Shown: positions 1-11,541, counted from the first letter of the stretch. The stretch is DNA of 64,000 bases from Phormidesmis sp. (GCA_965248535.1 CBDFJR010000002.1:2336001-2400000); one strand, 5' to 3'. The notes: generated by a model from the sequence alone, not told the origin. Numbers and translations: made by a program.

Positions 1-120
1 AGAAGAACCGCTAGATGCACTGGTGATCGACGTTGCACAGCCCACTCAGTTGATTATAGAGACGATTCGATCGGCATTGGAGTGAATTACTTCTATTCAC
101 GCTAAAAGTTTAGGGACAGC

Positions 121-1953
121 CTACTGATATCCCGCAGCTTGCAGGGCAAATAAATGGGCATATCGACCTTCAGCTTTGACCAGATCTTCGTGGCTTCCTT
201 GTTCTAACACGGTGCCCACAGACAGCACTAAAATCCGGTCTGCCATGCGAACGGTGGAGAAACGGTGAGAGATCAAAATCGCCATCTGATCAGAGGTCAT
301 TTCTCGGAAGCGATCGAAGATTTGCACTTCTGATTCGGCATCCATGGCAGAGGTTGGCTCATCCAATACCAGAATATCGGCTCTCGTTCGCATAAAGGCG
401 CGAGAAAGGGCAATCTTTTGCCACTGACCGCCAGACAACTCTCGACCGCTCTTAAACCACCGACCTAGGCGCGTTTCAAACCCTTCGGGCATCTGCTCAA
501 TAAAGGGCAGCGCGTTGCCTTTTTCGGCGGCTTCAACCCAGCGATCGGGGTCTTCTAAATGCTTCACGTCGCCCACGCCCACGTTTTCACCCACTTTGAA
601 TTGGTATTGCATAAAGTTTTGAAAAATCACGCCGATGCGCTGCTGCAACACGTCTAAATTCCACACTTGCAAGTCCAATCCGTCGAGCAAGATGCGGCCC
701 GAACCGGGCGTGTAGAGTCGGGTGAGCAGCTTGATCAGCGTTGTTTTGCCTGACCCGTTTTCGCCCACGATCGCCAGCTTTTCTCCGGGCTTGAGGTGAA
801 AGGAGACGCGATCTAAAGCCAGGGTGTCATTGCCGGGATATTGAAAGGAGACATTCTCAAAGCGCAAGCCGTCACCGGGATGGGTGCCGCGATCGGCGTA
901 GCCTTTGGGTTGGGGAATCTCTTGTTCTAAAAACTCATAGAGATTGGAGAGATAGAGACTGTCTTCATACATCCCGCCGATGGAACTGAGAATCGAGGCA
1001 AAGGCGGTTTGTCCCTGACGAAACACAACGAGATACATGGTTAACTCACCGAGGGTAATGGCCCCGACAATTGTTTCGATCACGATCCAAATATAGGCGA
1101 GATAAAAAGCCGCAGTGCTTATGAGACTCAGCAAATAACTCCAGGTGCCTCGCCGAATGGTGAGTTTGCGATCTTCGCCATAGAGCCGATTAAAGATTGT
1201 GTTGTAGCGATCGAGCAGCATTTGCCCCAGTTGATAAAGCTTGACTTCCATCGCGGGGGCTTCATTGGCGATCAGGAATTCTAGATAATTTTGTTCACGG
1301 CTTTCGGGAGTGCGCCAGCGAAATAGCCGAAATGCTTCGCCTGCAAAGCGCGTCTCGGCCACAAATGCCGGAACAGCCGCCACCATCAGCACAATCACCG
1401 CCCAGATCGAGAAGTGAATCAACAGCCCGCCATAGGTGATCAGGGTCAGACTGTCTTGCACCAACCCAAAGGTGCGCCCGACGAGACTGAGCGGACGACT
1501 TGAGGCTTCGCGGCGTGCTCGCGTCATCTTGTCATAAAACTCTGAATCCTCGAAGTGAGGAAGATCGAGCGTTAGGGCTTTTTCTAAGATCAGGACGTTG
1601 ACTTTTTGCCCCAACAACACCCGCAGCAGCGATTGACACAGGGCTAATCCTTGTTTGCTGCCTGCCAGAATTGCGACAACGAAGGCTTCTAAGCCTAAGT
1701 AATGCAGGGCAGTCCATTGGTCTGAGGGGAGCTTCGATCGTGACGCAATCACCACGCTATCGACAATCAGCTTGCCCGCGTAGGCGACGACTGCGGGTAA
1801 TAATCCGGCAATCAGGGTGAGGACGGCTATGAAAAGGGTGAGACGACGATCGGTGCTCCACACTAGGGCGATCGCCCGTCCGCAATATTGAAAGATGGAG
1901 AGAGATTGAGAAACGCCTCGTAAATAGCGTTTGAATGGTGATGTCTGATTCAT
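121..1953 (-). CDS. ABC transporter, fused permease/ATP-binding protein
   Basis: N-terminal TM helices; Walker A GENGSGKT, signature LSGGQWQ, Walker B LVLDEPT, SHR switch. Confidence 0.93.
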   Translation of the reverse strand: MNQTSPFKRYLRGVSQSLSIFQYCGRAIALVWSTDRRLTLFIAVLTLIAGLLPAVVAYAGKLIVDSVVIASRSKLPSDQWTALHYLGLEAFVVAILAGSKQGLALCQSLLRVLLGQKVNVLILEKALTLDLPHFEDSEFYDKMTRARREASSRPLSLVGRTFGLVQDSLTLITYGGLLIHFSIWAVIVLMVAAVPAFVAETRFAGEAFRLFRWRTPESREQNYLEFLIANEAPAMEVKLYQLGQMLLDRYNTIFNRLYGEDRKLTIRRGTWSYLLSLISTAAFYLAYIWIVIETIVGAITLGELTMYLVVFRQGQTAFASILSSIGGMYEDSLYLSNLYEFLEQEIPQPKGYADRGTHPGDGLRFENVSFQYPGNDTLALDRVSFHLKPGEKLAIVGENGSGKTTLIKLLTRLYTPGSGRILLDGLDLQVWNLDVLQQRIGVIFQNFMQYQFKVGENVGVGDVKHLEDPDRWVEAAEKGNALPFIEQMPEGFETRLGRWFKSGRELSGGQWQKIALSRAFMRTRADILVLDEPTSAMDAESEVQIFDRFREMTSDQMAILISHRFSTVRMADRILVLSVGTVLEQGSHEDLVKAEGRYAHLFALQAAGYQ

Positions 1954-2002
1954 CTTTTAACGATAGCGTTCTAGACGAATTCATCGCATCTTTGCTTTTG
2001 GG

Positions 2003-4242
2003 CTAGGAGTCGGGATTGGGGTTGAGGAGCACTTGGAAGCGATCGTCTTGCCGAATGCCATCAAAATCTGAGTCTGTTTTTGCCATCTCTCGGCACTCGG
2101 AATATAAGTTGATGGCTTGTTGTAGGGTGGCAATGGCTAAATCAACGTTCTTCTGCAACCCATAACAGCAGGCTTTGTTGTAATGCGTCCTGGCATCATT
2201 TGGCTTGAGCGAGATCGCCCGATCGTAGCTAGCGATCGCGTTCGTCGTTGCGTCCTAAGCTTTGTCAGACAAGCGCCACGCCGCGGTTGTTCCACGCTTC
2301 GTGATAGTCCGGCTTGAATTCCAGGGCTTTGTCATAACTCGCGATCGCGTCGTCGTTGCGTCCTAAGGCAGACAGCGCCACGCCGCGGTTGTACCACGCT
2401 TCGTGATTGTCCTGCTTGAATTCCAGGGCTTTGTCATAACTCGCGATCGCGTCTTCTTTGCGTCCTAAGTCAGACAGCGCCACGCCGCGGTTGTACCACG
2501 CTTCGTGATAGTCCTGCTTGAATTCCAGGGCTTTGTCATAACTCGCGATCGCGTCGTCGTTGCGTCCTAAGGCAGACAGCGCCACGCCGCGGTTGTACCA
2601 CGCTTCGTGCTTGTCCGGCTTGAATTCCAGGGCTTTGTCATAACTCGCGATCGCGTCGTCGTTGCGTCCTAACGCCGCGGTTGTTCCACGCAGACAGCGC
2701 TTTGTCACTCGCGATGCCGCGGTTGTGTACCACGCTTCGTGATCGTCCTGCTTGAATTCCAGGGCTTTGTCATAACTCGCGATCGCGTCGTCGTTGCGTC
2801 CTAAGGCAGACAGCGCCATGCCGCGGTTGTACCACGCTTCGTGATCGTCCCGCTTGAATTCCAGGGCTTTGTCATAACTCGCGATCGCGTCTTCATACCG
2901 ACTCAGGTTGTATAGTGCATTGCCACAGTCAAAACACTCAGCAGCTACCGGATAGGTGGGATCTTGTTTTGCCATTCGACCCAGTTGTTTCAAGATCGCA
3001 GGCACATAGCGCCCCACATCCACCGCGCCCGTTTTCTTCATCTCAATCTGCCCATCCTGTGGCTTCAAGATCTGCTCTGTGGTCATCAAATAGTCCAAGA
3101 CGCGCCGTAACTGCCATTCTTGCCGCCAGCGCCGCACCCCACGCCCCGGCAACAAGCGTTTTGTTGTGGCTTCTAACATCGGTGGCGTTAACCAAAGATT
3201 TAAGCTCCGCAATAGCTCCACCGCATCATAGGCATACACCGCTAACGGATAGCGCTCCACTGCCTTTTTATACTTCTGTCGCCACGTCTCATCCAGCCTA
3301 GGCGAAAACTCCTGATTATTCACCGCCAAACCGCGATTTTGGGCAGTGCCCAAATTCAGTGTGATATTCCGAAACGTGCCGTCATTTCGCCTCGCAATCT
3401 GCCCATACTCCTCCGAGACTCCCCGCAACCCTGCCGCTGCCACGCAGTCTGTCAACAAACTGACAACGGCACCCTCAGACGGCTCCACCAACGAGTAGGG
3501 GTGAAACTGCTGCCAAAACGATCGATACTTCTCCCACTGGAGCTTATCTCGCGGCGATGTGTCCCCCGGCTTATCTGGCTCACGCTCATTTCGCGCCATC
3601 GCAATCACCCGCACATAGCCCAACTTGCCCTGATCTTCAAAATACTTCAACAGTCGCGGCAACCGTTCCTGCACTGGCTCCCGCAGGGGTCGCGCCACCT
3701 CTTCCAGCGCTTTAGGATGACTCTTATAATGAATGCCCGTATACATCCAGCGATTCAGATCATCTAAAAAAAACAGCAGCTTATCGTCAGGGCTAATCTC
3801 ACTGGGGAATTCCTTTGGCACATCTAGCCATTCCCCCGGTCGATCCGCCAGCTTCAGCACCGTCCAGCCCTCCCGGTTGAGCACCTCTGCCAAGTGAGCC
3901 GCTTCCCGCGTCTTGCCCAAGCCCGACTTGCCCAAAATCAAGACCCAGTTCTTTTCACTAAAGGCAATCTCTAGCTCATTACGGATATTGCGATCGGGCT
4001 GGCGCTCTTGATAAGGAATCTTGTAATCAGCCTAGAGCGTTATTTTCATCACCGCCCATGATTTCCTTCAGCAAGTCAGGGGTGTGAGGTTTGAACACCT
4101 TAAACGGGAAGTCGCCAGACGGAAGTTGGCGGAGGCGCTTTGTCTTGCGACGCGCTTCTAACCATTTGGTAGTCCCTAAGATTCCACCTGCGATGGTTCC
4201 GATCAGAGCAAGAATCTTAGTAATGTCGTCAAAATTCGGCAT
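2003..4242 (-). pseudogene. Membrane-anchored P-loop NTPase + TPR-repeat protein, split by frameshifts (possibly assembly errors)
   Basis: ORF 4027-4242 (TM helix) joins 2265-3941 (GKSGLGKT, FFLDD, TPRs) by removing one base near 4030; TPR tail ...YNKACCYGLQ...DFDGIRQDDRF continues in another frame to TAG at 2003-2005. Confidence 0.75.
2200..2920 (-). repeat. Near-identical 102-bp tandem repeats encoding 34-aa TPR units
   Basis: Unit HEAWYNRGVALSALGRNDDAIASYDKALEFKxD repeated about 6 times; copies near 2240-2270 and 2670-2730 are scrambled. Confidence 0.9.
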
Positions 4243-4400
4243 CGTCTACAGGAGTTGAGCAACTTGCTCACAATTCTACTGCGGAAGATTCAAGAAATCG
4301 GAGGTCTGATATCGGATCAGGTCAGGTTGGTCTGCGAGAACTTGCCCGATCGAAGCTCAGAATCTGCAAAGCCACAACGCGATCGCTGAGTTTTATTAAA

Positions 4401-4565
4401 TAGACCTCATGCATGAATAGAAATCTAGAGTAAGCTGCGCTGCGTTGAGTTCGGCTTGTGCCCCCTAAATCCCCATTCTGGGGGACTTTGAGCCAAATTC
4501 TGATTTCAAAGTCCCTCAGTCGTGGAGGATTTAGAGGGCGTTCATAGATTCGTGCAGGAGGTCTA
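4401..4565. mobile_element. MITE-like cyanobacterial repeat element
   Basis: 18-bp terminal inverted repeats tagacctcatgcatgaat (4401-4418) / attcgtgcaggaggtcta (4548-4565), 2 mismatches, TA at both ends; internal long palindrome ccccctaaatccccattctgggggactttga ... tcaaagtccctcagtcgtggaggatttagagggc. Confidence 0.7.
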
Positions 4566-4567
4566 AT

Positions 4568-5485
4568 CTACGATCCTAATCCGCGCTGCACTCGGTAGTT
4601 AGCCACTAACCGCGCTTCAGAACCCGGCTCGATCGTCACGACATCATCCGCCGCATTTGCGGTTTCGACACAAATTAAGCGCTGATAGTCGGCATCATCT
4701 AAATCCGCCATACCTGCGGCGATGTCCACCCAAGGATTCCAGACGATCGCGGTTTTGCTGCCTTGAGCCGTGATGCAAATGCGGCGATCAAATACAGGAT
4801 CAGCAATAACGAGTTCTGCTGCTGTCACCTGGGTGTAGACGCGATCGACTTCTTGGGCGATCGTCACGGCACCAGCTTGCGTTTTTTCCACGCCCCCGTC
4901 GGTTTTATCTAAAAAGCTCACGCCGTCGAGACCCAAGACTTGCACTTGAGCAATGTCACCGACCTGAAAGTAAGTATGCAGCGCTTGCGTCAGGGTGAAG
5001 GGTGCATCTCCTTGATTGCGCGTGATCAATTCCACAGTCAAGCTTTCCCCGATCGTCACCCCTAAAGTCAACTCAAAGGCGTGAGGCCAGATGGCTTGAG
5101 TCTCTGGTGTGTCTGACAGACCCAGCACCACTTGGCTATCACCCTCGGCAGTGATCAGCGATCGCACCATAGTCCACATCCGATTGCGGACAAACCCATG
5201 GGCAGCGCGACCTAACCCTTCTGGATCAGCACCAAACCACGGCCAACAGATGGGAATGCCGCCCTTGATGGCTTTACCTGTTTGGTAATAGGCTTTTTCG
5301 CTCAAGAACATCACATCTTGGGTTTCAGATTTGGGCTGAAACGACAGCACTTGTCCAGAGTAGAGTGAGATCACAGCAGTGGCTTTGGCGTGGTTAACCT
5401 CGATGAACGGGAAGCCACCTTTGCCTTCAACAAACGTGATCCGATCGGTCAGACCGTGGTCGGTGTTTAGCTGTGCGATGTCCAT
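4568..5485 (-). CDS. D-hexose-6-phosphate mutarotase (aldose 1-epimerase family)
   Basis: GGIPICWPWFG, HGFVR, ALHTYF, VWNPW and CVE motifs. Confidence 0.9.
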   Translation of the reverse strand: MDIAQLNTDHGLTDRITFVEGKGGFPFIEVNHAKATAVISLYSGQVLSFQPKSETQDVMFLSEKAYYQTGKAIKGGIPICWPWFGADPEGLGRAAHGFVRNRMWTMVRSLITAEGDSQVVLGLSDTPETQAIWPHAFELTLGVTIGESLTVELITRNQGDAPFTLTQALHTYFQVGDIAQVQVLGLDGVSFLDKTDGGVEKTQAGAVTIAQEVDRVYTQVTAAELVIADPVFDRRICITAQGSKTAIVWNPWVDIAAGMADLDDADYQRLICVETANAADDVVTIEPGSEARLVANYRVQRGLGS

Positions 5486-5879
5486 AGTGTTTGCCTACTC
5501 AGATTAGTCAAATTGATTCCGCACTCCAATCTACCGTCTAACTTGACCCAAGTAATAGAAGCTCTATCACTTGTTTTTGAATCTACGGCCCCAGTTTTAC
5601 CGAACCCATAACAGCCTGAGATTCTTTAATAGTTGCAAATTTCTCTAGGAAATCGGAGGTCTACCAAGGACTAGGCAGATGAAGTCAGGTCTGCGAGAAC
5701 TTGCGCGATCGCGACGGTCTACCAACAAACGCAACGGTTTGGAGTCTTTGAAACGATGGTAGGTCGAGATCCTGCGAATTTTGAGCAACCGTTTCAGACA
5801 GTCGCACCTTGCAATCGACGGTAGTGGTCGAGCGGGTGATGGCGGGAAACGCAAAAAAGGGAGCAAGGTCACATGGCGG

Positions 5880-6189
5880 TCTAGGAAATACCTTCTTTAA
5901 ATCTGCACCGATGTAGTCGTGAACCAATTTGTCGCGCATCCCTGCCATCAGCCGCCAGGGAATTGGTAGGATAGCGGATTTAAAAGTGCATAACACCCTG
6001 CAAGGATCTGTGGCGGAATGATTTTTTGGTAGCTTCACCCACGATTTCTAAGGCGCGAATGACAGCATAGTGAGTCCGTTTGTCTTGCTCAAAGGTGACA
6101 AAATCTATGCCCACCACAAACTGCATCGCGTCATCTGCATAGTTCACAATGTCTTGAAGGTAGTCTTGACTAGTGCGAGGTGGGGTCAT
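5880..6189 (-). pseudogene. HepT-like (DUF86, HEPN) ribonuclease toxin, interrupted
   Basis: N-half ...AVIRALEIVGEATKK (5980-6189) and C-half IPWRLMAGMRDKLVHDY (RX4H) lie in different frames with intervening sequence; C-terminus degenerate. Confidence 0.75.
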
Positions 6190-6539
6190 AGGGGCAAGAC
6201 CTCTTGAAGAATGCGATCGCCAATTTTAGGCTTGAGCGCACCTTTCTCGACTAGATCAACTTTGATGTGCAGTTCATCGCTCAGTTCATATTCCAGGGCA
6301 ATGAACTGGAGCAGGGTCAAGGGGCGATGGTCAAACTCAATCAGCAGATCAAGGTCACTGTCAGGAGTTTGTTCGCCGCGTCTATAGGAACCAAACACGC
6401 CTAGCGAAATCACTCCATAGCGATCGCGCAACTCTGGCAGCATCGCTTTCAAGGTTTGGATGATGCGCTCTAACGGCTCTCCTTTCTCTGAGGAAGAGAG
6501 ACTAGGGTTTCCTAGGTTAGTCGAAGGGGTAAAAGTCAT
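6186..6539 (-). CDS. MntA-type minimal nucleotidyltransferase antitoxin
   Basis: FGSYRRGEQTPDSDLDLL motif; stop overlaps start of the HEPN gene. Confidence 0.88.
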   Translation of the reverse strand: MTFTPSTNLGNPSLSSSEKGEPLERIIQTLKAMLPELRDRYGVISLGVFGSYRRGEQTPDSDLDLLIEFDHRPLTLLQFIALEYELSDELHIKVDLVEKGALKPKIGDRILQEVLPL

Positions 6540-6560
6540 AGGACGCTATGCGTTGGCATT

Positions 6561-6630
6561 GAGAGAAGACCTGCCCAAAATTTTATCGCCAATTCAGAAC
6601 ATAGTCGCGAGTCAGACGGCGATCGGGGCA
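6561..6630. repeat. ~70-bp direct repeat, copy 1 (copy 2 at 7336-7406)
   Basis: gagagaagacctgcccaaaattttatcgccaatt...gagtcagacggcgatcggggca; 3 substitutions and 1 indel between copies. Confidence 0.95.
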
Positions 6631-6638
6631 GTGAGAGG

Positions 6639-7043
6639 TTAGGGAGTGATGAGTTGTAGGGCTGGAAAGTAGGTACGGTAGCGATTGACATCTCTGGTGA
6701 GTAGCGGCATTCCGGTAACGGCAGCGTGAGCACCAATGTAGAAGTCGGGCAGCGGCGATCGCCGCTCTCCCCCACGGCGGCGGTGCTCAAGAAAGCTTTG
6801 CCCTGCCAAAAAAGCAGCCTCGTAGGGTAAGGGGTCGCGCCGGAAGAAGTCGTTAGGCAAAACAGCTTCGAGTTCTTCGACCTGGTTAAACCCGATCGAA
6901 ATTTCGGCATAGATCAAGGGGTTGATCACGAGAATTCCCCGATCGGCATACTCAACAAGCCTCTGGGCTGACCACTCAAACCACTGGAGGTCTTCAGTCA
7001 ACACATCCAGAATGACGTTGCTATCGACCAAAACATCTGTCAT
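6639..7043 (-). CDS. VapC-family PIN toxin
   Basis: VLVDSNVILD, YAE, PDFYIGAHA, LLTRD PIN acidic motifs. Confidence 0.9.
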   Translation of the reverse strand: MTDVLVDSNVILDVLTEDLQWFEWSAQRLVEYADRGILVINPLIYAEISIGFNQVEELEAVLPNDFFRRDPLPYEAAFLAGQSFLEHRRRGGERRSPLPDFYIGAHAAVTGMPLLTRDVNRYRTYFPALQLITP

Positions 7044-7270
7044 AGATCATCACGAGTTAGCTGCATGATGTCTTGAGTGCTTAGGCGATTGGTGGCTTTG
7101 CCTCGCATCGCTGCAAGCAAGCTAAAACCCCGATGTTCAGCCTCCTTTTTACGAAGCTGAAGGGTTTCGCCCACAACTTCAATCTCGATCTCCGTCCCAG
7201 GCAATAATCCAAGCTGCTGTTGAATGTCGGGGGGAATGGTGATTTGTCCTTGTGAGTTGATTTGGCTCAT
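7040..7270 (-). CDS. AbrB/MazE/SpoVT-family antitoxin
   Basis: INSQGQITIPPDIQQQLGLLPG motif; 4-nt overlap with the PIN gene. Confidence 0.9.
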   Translation of the reverse strand: MSQINSQGQITIPPDIQQQLGLLPGTEIEIEVVGETLQLRKKEAEHRGFSLLAAMRGKATNRLSTQDIMQLTRDDL

Positions 7271-7335
7271 AGATCAACGACCTTCTGAAGAATCCGTTCG
7301 TCGATTCGTGGCTTCAGCGCTGTTTTCATGACTAG
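7267..7335 (-). pseudogene. 3' remnant of a second MntA nucleotidyltransferase gene
   Basis: Translates LVMKTALKPRIDERILQKVVDL*, homologous to the end of 6186-6539 (LVEKGALKPKIGDRILQEVLPL*). Confidence 0.75.
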
Positions 7336-7406
7336 GAGAGAAGACCTGCCCAAAATTTTATCGCCAATTTAGAAGATAGTGGCGAGTCAGACGGCGATCG
7401 GGGGCA
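7336..7406. repeat. ~70-bp direct repeat, copy 2
   Basis: Matches 6561-6630. Confidence 0.95.
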
Positions 7407-7523
7407 AATCGCTCCGCGAAGCTTTGAAGGATCGTCCCGCCCATTGGGAACCCTCAACCTATGCAGCCGCCTACCTTCATCCGAAACCAGTAGGTCGTAT
7501 CAACCCAAAAGAACCTTCACCCG

Positions 7524-8012
7524 ATGCCATACCAAAATATCTCCGCCAAACTCACCGACACCGATCTTCAAGACATCAAAACCGCCTTAGCGACGATCGA
7601 GACCAAACTGCCCTTCCTGATTCATCTCACGGTCGAAGAACGCCGCAAACTGTTCAAAATGGGCAACAAAAGTCTCGCCTTTGTCAACAACAGCCTCACT
7701 GCTGCCCAGTCTAACCCCGACATTTTGCCCGCCAGCTTTGACCTTGACGAATTTAGCAGTGACTATCAGCTTGCCGCCACCCTCTCCGAAGTCCATCTCA
7801 GACTGCAACAACTCACCGAAAAAGTAGACGACACCCTGATGGCCGTCAGCAGCGAAGCCATGACTAGCAGCCTCACCGTCTATGAGTACGTCAAAACCGC
7901 CGCCAAAAAGACCCCCGGACTGAAAGCGATCGCCGAGCAACTCAGCGAACGGTTCAAAGCCTCCCGCTCAAAGGCTGCCAAAGTAGACCCTATCTCCACC
8001 TCTGGCTCGTGA
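7524..8012 (+). CDS. Hypothetical all-helical protein (162 aa)
   Basis: Clean ORF with natural amphipathic helical composition (LTVEERRKLFKMG, VDDT, YEYVK). Confidence 0.8.
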   Translation: MPYQNISAKLTDTDLQDIKTALATIETKLPFLIHLTVEERRKLFKMGNKSLAFVNNSLTAAQSNPDILPASFDLDEFSSDYQLAATLSEVHLRLQQLTEKVDDTLMAVSSEAMTSSLTVYEYVKTAAKKTPGLKAIAEQLSERFKASRSKAAKVDPISTSGS

Positions 8013-8043
8013 GCTTATCGATCAGAGATCACAACTCATCCAT

Positions 8044-8295
8044 GAAGGAGAGCCTCTCGTCTACGAGTCTTGACGTTACTCTGACGAGTCTTGACATCTT
8101 CCTCCCAAGTCTTTAGGGGTCTCCTGCAAGCCTTTTAGCGTCTCTCGTGAGTGTTTGATGGTCTCTTCCGACTCTTTGCATCTAGGTCACGAGGAGTTGT
8201 ATTAGGTTGACGAGTCTCTACACCTCATTGATGAGTCTTTGCATCTCGATCGCAGAGGGTTGCATCTCCCCCGCGAGTTCTTTAGTGTCCTCATC
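8044..8295. repeat. Degenerate 21-nt-period tandem array
   Basis: GAGTCTT-like core at 8065, 8086, 8107, 8128, 8149, 8170, 8212, 8233, 8275. Confidence 0.8.
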
Positions 8296-8450
8296 ACGGC
8301 AATGAATGATTTCGTCTCAGATCTCCTCTCGATCTTGCAGTCAAGGAACTCGCAGTTGGAGCGATCGCCCTGCGCTCAACAAGCGGAATGTGATTCAGAC
8401 CCCTTTGATTTGTGGAAGCGTTAGGGCAAGACTTGTTCTGCCCTCTGATC

Positions 8451-8483
8451 AAAAAAAGGACGGAAATGAATGATTCCCGTCCT
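8451..8483 (-). terminator. Intrinsic terminator of ahcY
   Basis: aggacgg/ccgtcct stem followed by a T-run on the minus strand. Confidence 0.75.
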
Positions 8484-8517
8484 CACATATCAGAACTTTT
8501 TGACGACAAACTGATCC

Positions 8518-9807
<1,290 letters not shown>

Positions 9808-10341
9808 TTAAATACTTCGATGGTGAACTGAGAGGAGTCAAAAACTCCCCTAAAAAAAGTGCTTGCAATCTTCAGACCAAATCCTACCCAAGGTTAAACA
9901 GTTTTCATTCCTGCAGAGGCTTCTGTTACCAATCCAACTGTGATCAACCCAGGGATAGCCGCGAAAGAAACCGCCGCTATGGATTCTCTAGACATAGCCC
10001 GATCGCTTTCAGTCTGGCTAATTCCTGTGAAAGCTGGGCTTGCCGAGAGAGTGTCTTTGCTCTATAGGTTTACCGAGTTTCTGCAATAAGTCAAGTCAAA
10101 CTGAGGCGATTTGCTGAGGGATGCGAGTCTCCCCGATTAAATCTCTTCTAAGAATTAAGCAGTTTTGACCGCGATCGCCGCCCTTCAGACTAAAGTACAG
10201 ATTTACTATAATTGAAGCGATCGCTGGTTCAAAAAGATCGCCAATCCTCCCTCAGAATGACCCCATTCGTAGTGTCTATGAACTACAATAGAGTTAAGCG
10301 ATTTTTCCTCACTTCTGACCACTCCAGCATTCATCCTCACT

Positions 10342-10719
10342 ATGCAAACGGGTCGATTCTTTTCACTAGGCAAAGGACGAGTCGGACAATATCTTTCTCC
10401 TAGAGTTTTAGTAGTGAAAACTCCGTTTCAAAAAGCTGTCAAGCTTCGAGAGACTTGCTACTTTGGCTTTGACAAATTAAGCCAAGCTCAAAAATTTGCC
10501 CAATCTCTCGCGAGGTCTGGCTATTTATTTCAACTCCAACAAAGCGAACTGCTGACCCAGTTTCCTCACGAAATCAAACTCTCTGGCAGCCCTGGCATCG
10601 CCAAGACTCTCGCCTATTGGGATCGGTTAGATCAAAAGCAACTGACCTCTGACAAGTGCCGTTCTGCTTCTCGTCAATTGGCTCAACCCGATCGAGCGAT
10701 CGCGCCCCTTGCCGCATAG
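10342..10719 (+). CDS. Hypothetical protein
   Basis: 125-aa ORF, first of a co-directional cluster. Confidence 0.65.
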   Translation: MQTGRFFSLGKGRVGQYLSPRVLVVKTPFQKAVKLRETCYFGFDKLSQAQKFAQSLARSGYLFQLQQSELLTQFPHEIKLSGSPGIAKTLAYWDRLDQKQLTSDKCRSASRQLAQPDRAIAPLAA

Positions 10720-10796
10720 CCATTCCTCCAATTTGCGAGTTGTCGTTGACGTGCATATTCACTACAATAGTACAAACGATTCAAGTTCTTCCCCCT

Positions 10797-11048
10797 ATGA
10801 CGAAACACTACATTCTCAACCTCGACCCCACCGCTAAATACGAATGGGATCGGTGCTCTCTGCGTGACCCCATCACCGCCGATCGTCCCGCTTTGGCTGA
10901 CTTGATTGCCGAAGCCATTGGCGAGCAGCCCGGCTCTTATCTCGTCGCCGTCAAGATCGAAGTCAATGTTTTAGAGCAGGCTCCCGCCCACGCCCACGAG
11001 TTGCCCACCCGCACAGCCCTACCCCAACTGCAAGAATTGGCTGCTTAG
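10797..11048 (+). CDS. Hypothetical protein (83 aa)
   Basis: ATG at 10797 (MTKHYILNL...) preferred over the longer track start that overlaps the previous gene. Confidence 0.65.
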   Translation: MTKHYILNLDPTAKYEWDRCSLRDPITADRPALADLIAEAIGEQPGSYLVAVKIEVNVLEQAPAHAHELPTRTALPQLQELAA

Positions 11049-11136
11049 AGAGCACGCAATAATCTCTGTTTTGTCGTTCGTAGTCTCAGTCTGTGGTGAC
11101 TGGTTTGGCTACTGGCTACTCACACCCTTTTGAGGA

Positions 11137-11520
11137 ATGTCAGGTATGAAACTTCGTTTAGGTCAATATCCCGCCGCGATCGCGCAAGCCGCCCAACACG
11201 TCAACGAGCTAGAGCAAAATATCGCAGAGATTCGTCAACATCTGGCTCGGCTCGAAGGCAATGCCGATATGGTCGTCGCCTTTGAAACGGCTCTTAAAAA
11301 TGACAACCAGCGCAAAGCTCGCCGTTTTGAGGTGCTGCAAGTCAACCAAGAATATTCTCGTGCGATCGACGCTCTCAACCGCGCCGCTACCGAAAAAGCC
11401 AACGCTCTAGCACACTTAGAACACTTGCGAAATGAGTTTAGCGTCGCCAAGCTCGAAACCCGACTGACGATCGCCCAACAGCTAACAGGTCTAGAGTCTC
11501 GTGAACTGGTCGGGTTATAA
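11137..11520 (+). CDS. Hypothetical coiled-coil protein
   Basis: Heptad-rich ORF with GAGGA upstream; start may be 11146. Confidence 0.75.
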   Translation: MSGMKLRLGQYPAAIAQAAQHVNELEQNIAEIRQHLARLEGNADMVVAFETALKNDNQRKARRFEVLQVNQEYSRAIDALNRAATEKANALAHLEHLRNEFSVAKLETRLTIAQQLTGLESRELVGL

Positions 11521-11541
11521 AAACCCCAGGTTAAATCATCT

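Noticed and set aside
2200..2920. CRISPR array
   Set aside because: Contiguous 102-bp coding repeats with no unique spacers
8044..8295. CRISPR array or intact coiled-coil gene
   Set aside because: 21-nt period is too short for repeat plus spacer, units are degenerate, and the heptad frames contain stops
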